Below, piece after piece: positions 34,829 through 43,464 of a stretch of 45,493 nt of DNA. Numbering within the stretch: position 1 is the first letter of the stretch; each line of letters starts with the position of its first letter. Source of the stretch: Actinomycetota bacterium (GTDB lineage Bacteria > Actinomycetota > Thermoleophilia > UBA2241). Both the position numbers and the translations under genes were made by a program. The stretch is from contig PKYG01000091.1 of assembly GCA_003132585.1 (NCBI GenBank), positions 18,893 through 64,385 on the forward strand, given 5' to 3'. The notes beneath the pieces were generated by a model. The model was not told where the DNA came from, did no database searches, and worked only from the letters and a program-made list of their open reading frames with translations.

Positions 34829-35638
34829 CTACTTCTCCGAGGCCGCCTGCTCCTCCGACGCCGCCGTGCGCGGCCCCATGGCGACCCAGCCACCGTTGCC
34901 GTCACGCTGCACGGGCACGACCGGCCGGCCGCCCCAGAGGCGCGGCCGCAGCCAGTTCTCCGTCGCGATCGGCTCGTCCCCGCGCAGTATCGGCGCGTCG
35001 CGGTCGAGCGCGGTGACGGCGATGCCTGCGGCCGCGAGCTCGGCGACGGTCACCGGGTCGCCGAACTCGCGCAGCGGCACGTGGTAGTCGATCATGCGGC
35101 CGCTCCAGCCATCGTGCGTGAGCCCGACCCCGGCGGCAGCGCCGATGACGCCGTCCTCGCTGCCGCCGTGGCCGGAGAGATGCACGCCTTCGGCGGCCGC
35201 GTACGCCTCGGCTTGCGTGACGACCTCGGTCGCCGCCCGTCGCCCGAAGGCGGCGAGGCGCTCCAGCGCCGGCGACCCGTCCCAGGCGACGCAGAGGCCC
35301 GGGTCGCTGCCGTCGAGCCAGTGGCGCGCGAGGTGCCGCACGGCGCGCTCGACGAGGTCGTCGAGACCGGGCGGCACGGCGGAGCCGTCGCCGCCGCCCA
35401 CCTCGGCGCCCACGTACTCGAGTACGCACACCGCGGCGCTGTTGTGCGACGTGTACGGCACGCGCGGATCGACGAGCAACTGCTGGCGCACGACTGCCCA
35501 GGGCCGCCACGGCACCACGAGTTCGTCGCAGAACCAGCGACCGACCTTGCCGGTGCCGCGCTCGGCGCCGAGGTAGTCGGTGTCGTCGAAGGCGACGTAG
35601 ACGCGTCGCCACGCCGCGACCGGCATGGCCGGCGTCAT
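34829..35638 (-). CDS. TiaS-like N-terminal-domain (DDTD) protein
   Basis: VAFDDTD..GTGK, RQQLLVDPRVPYTSHNSA, GSDPGLCV, GVIGAAAGVGL...GR. Confidence 0.75.
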   Translation of the reverse strand: MTPAMPVAAWRRVYVAFDDTDYLGAERGTGKVGRWFCDELVVPWRPWAVVRQQLLVDPRVPYTSHNSAAVCVLEYVGAEVGGGDGSAVPPGLDDLVERAVRHLARHWLDGSDPGLCVAWDGSPALERLAAFGRRAATEVVTQAEAYAAAEGVHLSGHGGSEDGVIGAAAGVGLTHDGWSGRMIDYHVPLREFGDPVTVAELAAAGIAVTALDRDAPILRGDEPIATENWLRPRLWGGRPVVPVQRDGNGGWVAMGPRTAASEEQAASEK

Positions 35639-37587
35639 CGCCCGATCGCTTTCAGCTGGGGGCCGTCGATGCCGGTCGGAGGCGTGACGTGGTCGAAGCG
35701 CGCCAGGCGCCGCAGGCGCCGGCCGACAACGAGTCCCGGCACGAAGAAGATGCCGACGGCGGCGCCGAACAGGCCGGCGGCGAGCGATGCCGCGCTCACA
35801 TGCGAATCGAACCCGCCGCCGGCAGTGCTGTCGGCGCCGCCAGCGCCGATGATGCCCTGCACGGGGATGCCCGTGACCTCGCTGCCGGACCCCGTGGTCG
35901 CCGTCGCCGGAACGATTCCCGGTGACTGCGTGCCGGCGCCGTTGCCTGATGTGCCGGCGCCGGCAGCTCCGCTGCCCCGACCGGCTCCCGTGCCCGAGCC
36001 CGACCAGCCGCCCGGCCCAACCGGCAAGATCGTGCTCAAGTCGGGGCTCAGCGGCGGCTGCGGGTGCACGGCCGTCTTGTCGTCGGTGTCGTCGCCCGAT
36101 CCGTTACCGCCACCGGACGTGACCGGCACGGAGGCGATCGTCACATCGGCGAGTACCGGCGAGACAGCGCAGGCGGCGCTCGTCAGGGTCACCCGGTACG
36201 CAATCGTCGCGGCGACGCTGCCGGCGGGAAGAGAAAAGCGCGACGCGCCGTCGAGCGAGACGGCGCCGGCGGCCGGGAGCCACGCGCCGCCGCCGAGCCG
36301 ATACTCGAGCCCGACATCGGCGCCGTCGGGCACCGTCGCGCTGCACGCGATCCGCAGAAAACGCTTTTTGGCGAAGGCGCTGCCTGCATCGAGCGGCGCC
36401 GACGTGAGCGTCACGCTCTGCAGCATGCCGATCTCGACGATGCGCCGGAAGCCGCTGTCGGCGACCAGCACCGATCCGTCGGCGGCGAGTGTCGCCGAGC
36501 GCGGCGCCGATACGGCAGTCGTTCCGGCGCCCGCCGGCGGGTCGAACGCCGCCATGTCGTAGCTGCGCACCACTTGCCTGGCTTCCGTCACCTCGAGTAC
36601 GCGGCCGTTGCCGGTGTCGCAGATCAGCGTGTCGCCGTTGGCCATCCGCTGCGCGTAGGTGGGGTCGGAGAGATGACCGGCTGCCGTGCCGGCGACATCG
36701 GTCGTGCCGTACTGCCAGACGATGTCGCCGCCGCGGTCGACCTCGATCACGCGCTGGCCGTCGGCGTCGGTGATCAGCGTGTCGCCGTTCGCCAGCCGTT
36801 GCGGCGAACGCGGCTTCTTCAGTTGGTCGGGGCCGCTGCCGTAGACGCCGGGCATGCCGTACTGCCAGACGATGCTGGCGGCCGTGAAGCCGTTATCGGG
36901 CTCACCGGCGCGATAGTCGGCGTAGCGCACTTCGATCACCCGCTCAGCGCCGAGGTTGTCGGCGATCAGGATGTTGCCGTCGGGTGTGCGCGAGGCCATG
37001 AACGGGTCTTCGAGCCGGTTCACGCCGAGACCCGGTTTGCCGGCCTCGCCGTACTGCCATACCACGGTCTTGCTCTGATCGACGACGAAGACGCGCGCGG
37101 CGTAGCGGTCGGCGATCAGCGTGTACGGCCGGCCGTGATCGTAGAAGCGCCAGGCGAAGAATGGCTTCTGCAGGTTCGGATCGTCGGCCTGGGTGTACGA
37201 CCACAGGGCGTGACCGTCGGGTGCGACAACGGCGACGAACCCGGACGTCGGGTCGTTGAAGAAGCGATTGGTGATCAGAACGTTGCCGCCGGGCAAGGGT
37301 TGAGCGCTGCGCGGGTCGACGGTCGTCGGATCGAAGCCGGCGTAGATCGGGCTGGTGCCGTCGAGCCGCCACTTCACGATCGGCGCGAGCGCCAGGGACT
37401 GGTCCGCACCACCCGACAGAGCGACGCCGGCGGGCACGGTGCCAAACGAGAACGGATAGCCGCTCGTGCCTTCGAGCGTGAGCGTCGGCGCGAGGGCGGC
37501 GGCCGCGGCGGCGTTCGCCGCCCCGGCCGCCGCGCACAGCGCCGCGACGAGAAGGGTCTGGATAAGGCTGCGCAGCCGCCGGCTCAC
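35635..37587 (-). CDS. Surface beta-propeller (NHL/arylsulfotransferase-like) protein with G/S/T linker and C-terminal TM anchor
   Basis: Signal peptide; repeats WQYG...P..AQRLANGDTLI.D.GN.RVIEV; TM + RRLRR tail; GTG overlaps upstream TGA. Confidence 0.78.
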   Translation of the reverse strand: MSRRLRSLIQTLLVAALCAAAGAANAAAAAALAPTLTLEGTSGYPFSFGTVPAGVALSGGADQSLALAPIVKWRLDGTSPIYAGFDPTTVDPRSAQPLPGGNVLITNRFFNDPTSGFVAVVAPDGHALWSYTQADDPNLQKPFFAWRFYDHGRPYTLIADRYAARVFVVDQSKTVVWQYGEAGKPGLGVNRLEDPFMASRTPDGNILIADNLGAERVIEVRYADYRAGEPDNGFTAASIVWQYGMPGVYGSGPDQLKKPRSPQRLANGDTLITDADGQRVIEVDRGGDIVWQYGTTDVAGTAAGHLSDPTYAQRMANGDTLICDTGNGRVLEVTEARQVVRSYDMAAFDPPAGAGTTAVSAPRSATLAADGSVLVADSGFRRIVEIGMLQSVTLTSAPLDAGSAFAKKRFLRIACSATVPDGADVGLEYRLGGGAWLPAAGAVSLDGASRFSLPAGSVAATIAYRVTLTSAACAVSPVLADVTIASVPVTSGGGNGSGDDTDDKTAVHPQPPLSPDLSTILPVGPGGWSGSGTGAGRGSGAAGAGTSGNGAGTQSPGIVPATATTGSGSEVTGIPVQGIIGAGGADSTAGGGFDSHVSAASLAAGLFGAAVGIFFVPGLVVGRRLRRLARFDHVTPPTGIDGPQLKAIGR

Positions 37588-38159
37588 GCCCCCACTCCCG
37601 GGATCTTCCTCAGTTGCGCGACCAGCAGGACGCCGAGCAGGCCGCCGATCGCGCCGAACACCACATGCGTCGTCGCCGCGTAACCCAGGCCCCAGAAGAG
37701 GAAGCCCAGCGGCAGCTTGAGGATCGCGCCGATGATCAGCGTCGTGATCAGCTTGGCCAGGTTCGCCAGCGCGCCGATGACGGCGACGCTCACCTTGTTC
37801 GAGATGCCGCCGGGCAGGAGCGCCGCGCCGAGGTCGACCGTGAGCCCCATGGCGACGTACTTGACCCACTCGAGAAACGGCGCGTGGCCGTGGCCGAGCA
37901 AAGTCAGGAGAACACCGGCGAGCAGTCCCATCAGCAGGCCGGTGCCGCGCCTGCCGACGATCCCGCGCCCGACGACGAAGAGCGCCACGACGACAGCGCC
38001 GGTGTGACCGGGCACGTGCAGCGGCACGTTGATCAGCACCTTGCCGAGCACGACAAGGTCGGCGATCAGCGCCACCAGGAGAGCGTCGCGCAAGGTGAGC
38101 GACCAGATGAAGCGCCGGCTCGTCGCCGGCGCGTTAGTGGACACGGAGCTCTGTGACAT
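37584..38159 (-). CDS. ECF-transporter S-component-like membrane protein
   Basis: 191 aa, about 6 TMs, PLHVPGHTG, GTGLLMGLLAG, THVVFGAIGG. Confidence 0.65.
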   Translation of the reverse strand: MSQSSVSTNAPATSRRFIWSLTLRDALLVALIADLVVLGKVLINVPLHVPGHTGAVVVALFVVGRGIVGRRGTGLLMGLLAGVLLTLLGHGHAPFLEWVKYVAMGLTVDLGAALLPGGISNKVSVAVIGALANLAKLITTLIIGAILKLPLGFLFWGLGYAATTHVVFGAIGGLLGVLLVAQLRKIPGVGA

Positions 38160-38616
38160 CGCGCACCCTCAGGCGCCAGTCCATCGTCGGCGACACGATC
38201 TTGACCGTGCCGCGGTCGTTAAAGTCGAGGATCGTGTCGCCGGTGACCGCCTTCGCCGCCAAAGTGAGGCGGCCGCTGTCACGCAGCCCCATGCCGCGCA
38301 CTTCCAGTGTCGTGAAGCTCGTCACGCCGGCCGCCGTGAGCACCGTCTGCACGGTCGGGCCGTGCTGCGGCTTGCCGTCGGCGATGATCGTCACCGCGGG
38401 CAAGGCGCGCAGCGCGGCGACACTGAACTGCTTCAGCACAGTGTCGCCGCGCATCACCTTGACCGCGTAGCCGGGCGCCGGCCGGCCCGACGCCGACTGC
38501 GTCGTCCCGGTCACCCGCCACTCGACGATCCAGGCGAGGGCGACCAGCACGAGCACGGCAGCGACCAGCGCCGCCAAGCGGCGCGGCGTAGCTTTCCGTG
38601 TGCGCTGGTCGCCCAT
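38134..38616 (-). CDS. Membrane-anchored protein with molybdopterin-oxidoreductase-like fold
   Basis: N-terminal TM; FSVAALRALP, GPTVQTVLTAAGV, LEVRG, VRDVTELRV resemble truncated Oxidored_molyb domains. Confidence 0.55.
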   Translation of the reverse strand: MGDQRTRKATPRRLAALVAAVLVLVALAWIVEWRVTGTTQSASGRPAPGYAVKVMRGDTVLKQFSVAALRALPAVTIIADGKPQHGPTVQTVLTAAGVTSFTTLEVRGMGLRDSGRLTLAAKAVTGDTILDFNDRGTVKIVSPTMDWRLRVRDVTELRVH

Positions 38617-38636
38617 CGCCCTCCGTCACATTACCG

Positions 38637-40778
38637 TCACGTTACCGTCAGGTACCGGTACGCCGACTTCGTCGCCGCGTGCAGCGCGTCGGCCGGATGG
38701 TAGGCGCGCAGCCGCCAGCGGCCGGCGCTCGGCAGCGCGAACCGCGCCCGGTACTTGCTGTAGGTCGAGTAGTTCAGGTTGGCGGCGTTCACCGTCAGTT
38801 TGAGCACCCACGTGCCGCTCCGCAGCTTGTAGCAGAGGATCCTGACTGAGCGCTGCCCGGCCGGATGCCGCGGCTGAAGCGTGCCGGTCGAGGTGAAGGC
38901 GACACCGTGACGCACTCTCAACGGTGCGCTCGGCGTGCCGAGCAGCACGTGCGGCGTGACGGTCACCGGCGCACTCTGCGAGCCCGCGAAGTCGACATCG
39001 CCGGGGAAGCGCAGACGGTACATCGTCTTTTGCCTGAGATGGGCCGCGGCCAGCACGCTGTACGAACCGTCGGCCGAAGGCAGGTCGGCTACCCAGGACC
39101 ATACGCTGCCGTCGGGTGAGCTCTCGAGCACGACTTGCTTGCCGCCGAGCGGCGCGCCATCGGTGCTCAGCTGCCCGCTGAGCTGCACTGCGCCGCGCCA
39201 CGGGACGACGAGCAGAGGCGGCGTCAATGTGAGCATCGTCGCGCCCCGCGGCACGACGCTCCCGAAGACGCCGCTCGACCAGTTGCCGGCAGCATCGCGG
39301 GCGAAGATGCCGTAGTAGTACGTAGCGCCGTTGCTGAGACTGGAGTCGTCGTAAGCGGTGCCTGCGCCGGAGTAGACCGCCGTGCCGTCGGCGGCGTCGG
39401 CCGGCTGGTGGCTGTCGTTGCGCACCACCGTCGTCGCGCTCCAATCGGGGTCGCCGGGGTTGGTCCACGCAATCGACGCCGCTTGATCGCCCGGCGTGAA
39501 GGTAGCGCCGGTCACCGGTCCCGGCGGCGTGCCGTCGGGGGTCGCCGTCGCTTCGTTCGAACGCGGCCCCTCGTTGGTCGCCGCGTCGTGTGCGCGCACG
39601 AGGTAGTGATACGTCGTGTCGTTCGCGACCGTTGCATCGGTGTAGGTCGTCTCCGTTGTCGTGCCGATGACGACGGCGGGCGCCGTTTCGACGGCCAGGC
39701 CGAGGTCGACCCAGCGGTAGATCGTGTAGCCGGTGACGCCGACGTCGTCCGTGGCTGCCGTCCAGGAGAGCGCGACGCTGGCGTTGTGCGCCGTCGCGCT
39801 CAAACCCGTCGGCGTGTCCGGCGGCGTCTGATTGGAAGCGCCGTAAGCGATGTCGACGTCGCTCGTGGCGCCGGTGAAGCTGCTCGCGCCCGTCGGCCAG
39901 ATCGTGGTGCCCTGCAGCAGCACGTCGAACGCGAGGCCGGCGGGCACCGCCAGCCGGAAGTCACCGGCGGTGCCCGCCGGCCCGTAGTCTTCGTTGTCGA
40001 GGATCCCGTCGGCGTTGTCGTCGCAGAGATTGGGCTCGGTGCGCTGCAGGCTCCACAGCGTCGTCGTGCCGCCGGCGACACTCTCTGCCCGCTTGGCGCC
40101 CGTCAACCCAGTGGCCACGCCGTTGTGGACCCAGAAACCGCCGCCGCTCGTCGCCGTCATGTCGAGCACGGTGACGGCCGGCGCGGACGAGCCGTTCAGA
40201 GTCGATCCGCTCGCCCCCGGGTTGAGCGACACGATCCAGTGGTAGGTGCCCGACAGCCGCGTGTCGCCGAACTTGACGTAGTACCAGGAATTCGTCGTGA
40301 TCAGTCCGGAGCTGTCGGTCGTGATCGACGGGAAGTCCGCCCAGGTCGCGTCGTCCGACTGCACCCACTGACTGGTGGTGGAGTTCCAGATGAAGCCGCG
40401 GTTGGCGCCGGAGACGGGGCCCGTGGAGGGGCTGAAGCGGATCTTCACGTAGTACGTCGTGCTCGTGGCCAGCCCGGCGGACGCCGAGAAGCGCACGGCA
40501 GTGACAGTGTGATCGTTGGCCACATACGTGGCGCTGTCGGCGGCGGTCACCCCGCCGGTGTACGAGCCGCTGGCGGCGAAGGCGGCGGGGGCCGCGAGCG
40601 CGACAAGCGCGGCGGCGAGCGCGAGTGCAAGACCGAGGCCGACGAGAGCGGCGATGCGCGCGCTCGTCATTCTCCGTCGGGTGCTCGCGCCCGTCATCCT
40701 CCGTCGCTCGCTCGCGCCCGGCTTCTCTGCCACCGGCCTCCTCATGGATGTGCCTGACACTGGTTTCTCTTGGAGCAT
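38637..40778 (-). CDS. Secreted fibronectin type III domain protein
   Basis: Signal peptide; PDTPTGLSATA..VALSWTAATDDVGVTGYTIYR, YHYLVRAHDAATNE, second FN3 YYYGIFARDAAGNWS; C-terminal Ig-like domains. Confidence 0.82.
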   Translation of the reverse strand: MLQEKPVSGTSMRRPVAEKPGASERRRMTGASTRRRMTSARIAALVGLGLALALAAALVALAAPAAFAASGSYTGGVTAADSATYVANDHTVTAVRFSASAGLATSTTYYVKIRFSPSTGPVSGANRGFIWNSTTSQWVQSDDATWADFPSITTDSSGLITTNSWYYVKFGDTRLSGTYHWIVSLNPGASGSTLNGSSAPAVTVLDMTATSGGGFWVHNGVATGLTGAKRAESVAGGTTTLWSLQRTEPNLCDDNADGILDNEDYGPAGTAGDFRLAVPAGLAFDVLLQGTTIWPTGASSFTGATSDVDIAYGASNQTPPDTPTGLSATAHNASVALSWTAATDDVGVTGYTIYRWVDLGLAVETAPAVVIGTTTETTYTDATVANDTTYHYLVRAHDAATNEGPRSNEATATPDGTPPGPVTGATFTPGDQAASIAWTNPGDPDWSATTVVRNDSHQPADAADGTAVYSGAGTAYDDSSLSNGATYYYGIFARDAAGNWSSGVFGSVVPRGATMLTLTPPLLVVPWRGAVQLSGQLSTDGAPLGGKQVVLESSPDGSVWSWVADLPSADGSYSVLAAAHLRQKTMYRLRFPGDVDFAGSQSAPVTVTPHVLLGTPSAPLRVRHGVAFTSTGTLQPRHPAGQRSVRILCYKLRSGTWVLKLTVNAANLNYSTYSKYRARFALPSAGRWRLRAYHPADALHAATKSAYRYLTVT

Positions 40779-40800
40779 GACGTGGTTCCCTCCCTGTTCT

Positions 40801-41802
40801 TCAGGCGCTCAACTGGATGACAGCGCCGGTTGCCGATGTGTCGTAGCCGGTCAGATCCTCGACCTGCCGCTTGAAGTCGGCCGACTCGAGGCGCGCGAGG
40901 ACGGGGTGAAAGCGCGCGCTGGCGAAGATATCGTGCGGCATGACGAGGTCGAACTGCTCCTTGAAGAGCGGCACGAACCCGAGCCCCTGGCGGGCGGCGG
41001 CGGCGCGGATGCCGAGCGCCGCGTCGGCGCGGCCGGCGGCGATCAGCGCGGCCGCCTCCCCATGGCTCGTCACTTCCGTGACGTAGCCGTTCAGGGCGGC
41101 CGCGCCCAGCCCCTTGCCGGCCAGATACCGGTCCAGCCACACGCGCGTGCCCGAGCCGACGTTGCGATTGACGAACACGGCGCCGGAGGCGGCGACGTCG
41201 GCGATCGAGCCGAAGCCGCGCGGATTGCCGGGAGCGACGATCAGCCCCTGCTCGCGATGCGCCAGTGTCACGAGTGAGAGCGGGCTGCCGGGAAACAGGT
41301 GCTGCGCGTAGGAGCGGTTGTACTCGCCCGTGTCGGCGTCGAGCAGGTGGCAGCCGGCGGCGTCGCCGAGGCCGTGACGCAGGGCGATGAGACCTTCGAG
41401 GCTGCCCATGCGCATCGTCACGATGTCAGGTGCAGCCGGGTCAGCGCGCAGGTCGGCGGCCAGCAGGTCGAGCGCCGCGTCGTCGCTGCCGACGATCACC
41501 AGCAGGCCGCGCTCGCGCGCCTCGGGCACGACGATGAAGTCGACGGCGAAGGCGCGCGCCGTCGCGGCATAGTACTTCTCCTGATGGCCGCGGACGGCAC
41601 GGGTCTCCGCGAGCTCGATCAGACCGGCGCGCTCGAGCGCGAGCACGTGGTGGCGGATCCAGGCGGGGTGCTTGCCGAAGCGCGCGCCGAGCTGCGTCAG
41701 CGTCGCCGGCGCCGCCATGACGTGACGAAGAATCGCCAGCCGGTCGGCGTTGGCGAGCACCTTGAGTTGTTCGTACTGGTCGACGTGATGGATGTCGTCC
41801 AC
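40801..41802 (-). CDS. ArsR-like HTH + molybdate-type PBP-domain transcriptional regulator
   Basis: LKVLANADRLAIL...HHVLALERAGLI; GSDD.ALD, GSLEGLIAL, AGCHLLD..GEYN, REQGLIV, FVNRNVGSGTR, GYD. Confidence 0.88.
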   Translation of the reverse strand: MDDIHHVDQYEQLKVLANADRLAILRHVMAAPATLTQLGARFGKHPAWIRHHVLALERAGLIELAETRAVRGHQEKYYAATARAFAVDFIVVPEARERGLLVIVGSDDAALDLLAADLRADPAAPDIVTMRMGSLEGLIALRHGLGDAAGCHLLDADTGEYNRSYAQHLFPGSPLSLVTLAHREQGLIVAPGNPRGFGSIADVAASGAVFVNRNVGSGTRVWLDRYLAGKGLGAAALNGYVTEVTSHGEAAALIAAGRADAALGIRAAAARQGLGFVPLFKEQFDLVMPHDIFASARFHPVLARLESADFKRQVEDLTGYDTSATGAVIQLSA

Positions 41803-41824
41803 GCTGCTCCTGCGACTGCGGTCG

Positions 41825-41879
41825 GGCCGCTAAGGAAGTGCTTAGCGGCCATTCTACCGCAGTCGCCGGCGCCGGTGAA
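41825..41879 (-). promoter_or_regulatory. Promoter with perfect operator palindrome at the start site
   Basis: TTCACC-N17-TAGAAT (41879-41851), then GGCCGCTAAG-N6-CTTAGCGGCC (41825-41850). Confidence 0.75.
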
Positions 41880-41975
41880 GTCCTCGCGCCGCCGCGCTTC
41901 ACAGCACGCCCACCTGTGCGCTACTCTTGCGGCAGCGCGGTGACCCCCGCGCGTCGGCGTCGGAGGGATGAGACC

Positions 41976-42266
41976 ATGGGATGCTGCTTCGGCTGCGTAG
42001 GGCTGATCGCACCGCGTCTGGCGACGCTCTTCCTTTGGCTCTTCACTAATCTCGTCACGCGCGCCTTCACCAGCTTGGTGTTCCCGCTGGCCGGCATCAT
42101 CTTCCTGCCGTTCACGACGCTGGTCTACGTGCTCGTCTATGCGCCCGGTCGCGGCGTCACAGGCTTGGGCTGGGTGTGTGTGGTCGTCGCCTTCTTCATG
42201 GACTTCGGCTCGTACGGCGGCGGTTACTCGAATCGCAAACGCCTGCCCGGATACGGCCGGTACTAG
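41976..42266 (+). CDS. Small membrane protein
   Basis: PRLATLFLWLF, GIIFLPFTTLVY, GWVCVVVAFFMD; RBS GGAGGG. Confidence 0.75.
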   Translation: MGCCFGCVGLIAPRLATLFLWLFTNLVTRAFTSLVFPLAGIIFLPFTTLVYVLVYAPGRGVTGLGWVCVVVAFFMDFGSYGGGYSNRKRLPGYGRY

Positions 42267-43438
42267 CTCTTCGCGCCGCCGCGGCGCAACTTCGCGGCCA
42301 ACCGCTGCGTCAGCGGCCGCGTGTCTTTGACCGGCGGCGGCGCCGCCGCCCTCGTGAGCTCCGAGTCGAGCACCTCGTGGCGCTGGGCGAAGGTCTCGAT
42401 GCCAGCCTGGATGACCGCCGTCACGGGCAATGCCAGGATCCCGCCGATCGCTCCGAAGAGACTGGCGCCGACGATCACCGAGCCGAAGGCGATGCCGGCG
42501 TTCAGCTCCATCGTGTGCGCCGTCACGCGCGGGCTGAAGATGTAGTTCTCGAGCTGCTGGTAGACCAGGACGTAGATGAGGAACACCAGCGCCCGGGACG
42601 GAGACACCAGCAGCGCGACCATCAACGGTAGCGCCGCGCCGATGTACGTGCCGATCGTCGGGATGAACTGCGAGACGACGCCCATGAAGAGCGCCAAAGG
42701 CAGGGCGTACCCGACGCCGATGATCTTCAGCGCGGCGTAGCCGAAGACCGCCGAGAGCGCCGCCAGCAGCGCCCGCGAGTAGAGGTAGCCGCCGACCTTG
42801 TCGACGGCCGTCTCCCAGCCCCAGAGAAAGTAGTGCTGGCGCCGCTCCGGCAGGTAGGAGAGCACGGCCCGCCGCAGTCGCGGCCCGTCGGCCAGCAGAT
42901 AGAAGGCGAAGAGGCCGATCGTCAATGCCTTGAAGACGGCGCCGACGACGGCCGCGCCGAAGCCGAAGAGCTTGCCGGCGATGTCGCCCCTGTAGCTGAG
43001 CAGCTTGGCACTCGCCGCGCGCAGCGTGTCCGTGACGTGCTGCGTGGAGAGGTCGATGCTCAGCCACTTGTTGCTGTACTTGCTGATCCGCGCCAGCCAG
43101 TCCGGCAGGTGGTCGATGAGGGCGCGCGCCTGGCTGATGAACAGCGGCATCATGAGGATGATCGTGCCGACGGCGAGGATGACGAGCACGACCAGCATCG
43201 TGAACGCGGCGAGCCCGCGGGGCCAGCCGTGCCGGGCCAGCCACTGCACCGCCGGCTCGAGCGCGAACGAGAGAAAGAGCGCGACGACGACCATGGTGAT
43301 GAAGCTGCCGAGTTGGCGGACGGCGGCGATCGTGAGCAGCACCGCGAAAACGGTGACGAACAGACCCGCCATGAACGGCACGATCCAGGCCGGCCGCTTC
43401 AGTTCGGGATCGTGCAGTTCGACCTGCGGGTCTGTCAT
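42263..43438 (-). CDS. AI-2E family transporter
   Basis: ALFLSFALEPAVQWL, FYLLADG, QFIPTIG, YQQLENYIFSPRV, GGILALPV. Confidence 0.92.
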   Translation of the reverse strand: MTDPQVELHDPELKRPAWIVPFMAGLFVTVFAVLLTIAAVRQLGSFITMVVVALFLSFALEPAVQWLARHGWPRGLAAFTMLVVLVILAVGTIILMMPLFISQARALIDHLPDWLARISKYSNKWLSIDLSTQHVTDTLRAASAKLLSYRGDIAGKLFGFGAAVVGAVFKALTIGLFAFYLLADGPRLRRAVLSYLPERRQHYFLWGWETAVDKVGGYLYSRALLAALSAVFGYAALKIIGVGYALPLALFMGVVSQFIPTIGTYIGAALPLMVALLVSPSRALVFLIYVLVYQQLENYIFSPRVTAHTMELNAGIAFGSVIVGASLFGAIGGILALPVTAVIQAGIETFAQRHEVLDSELTRAAAPPPVKDTRPLTQRLAAKLRRGGAKS

Positions 43439-43464
43439 CCCGGCTCCTTCGACTCGTGGGGTCG

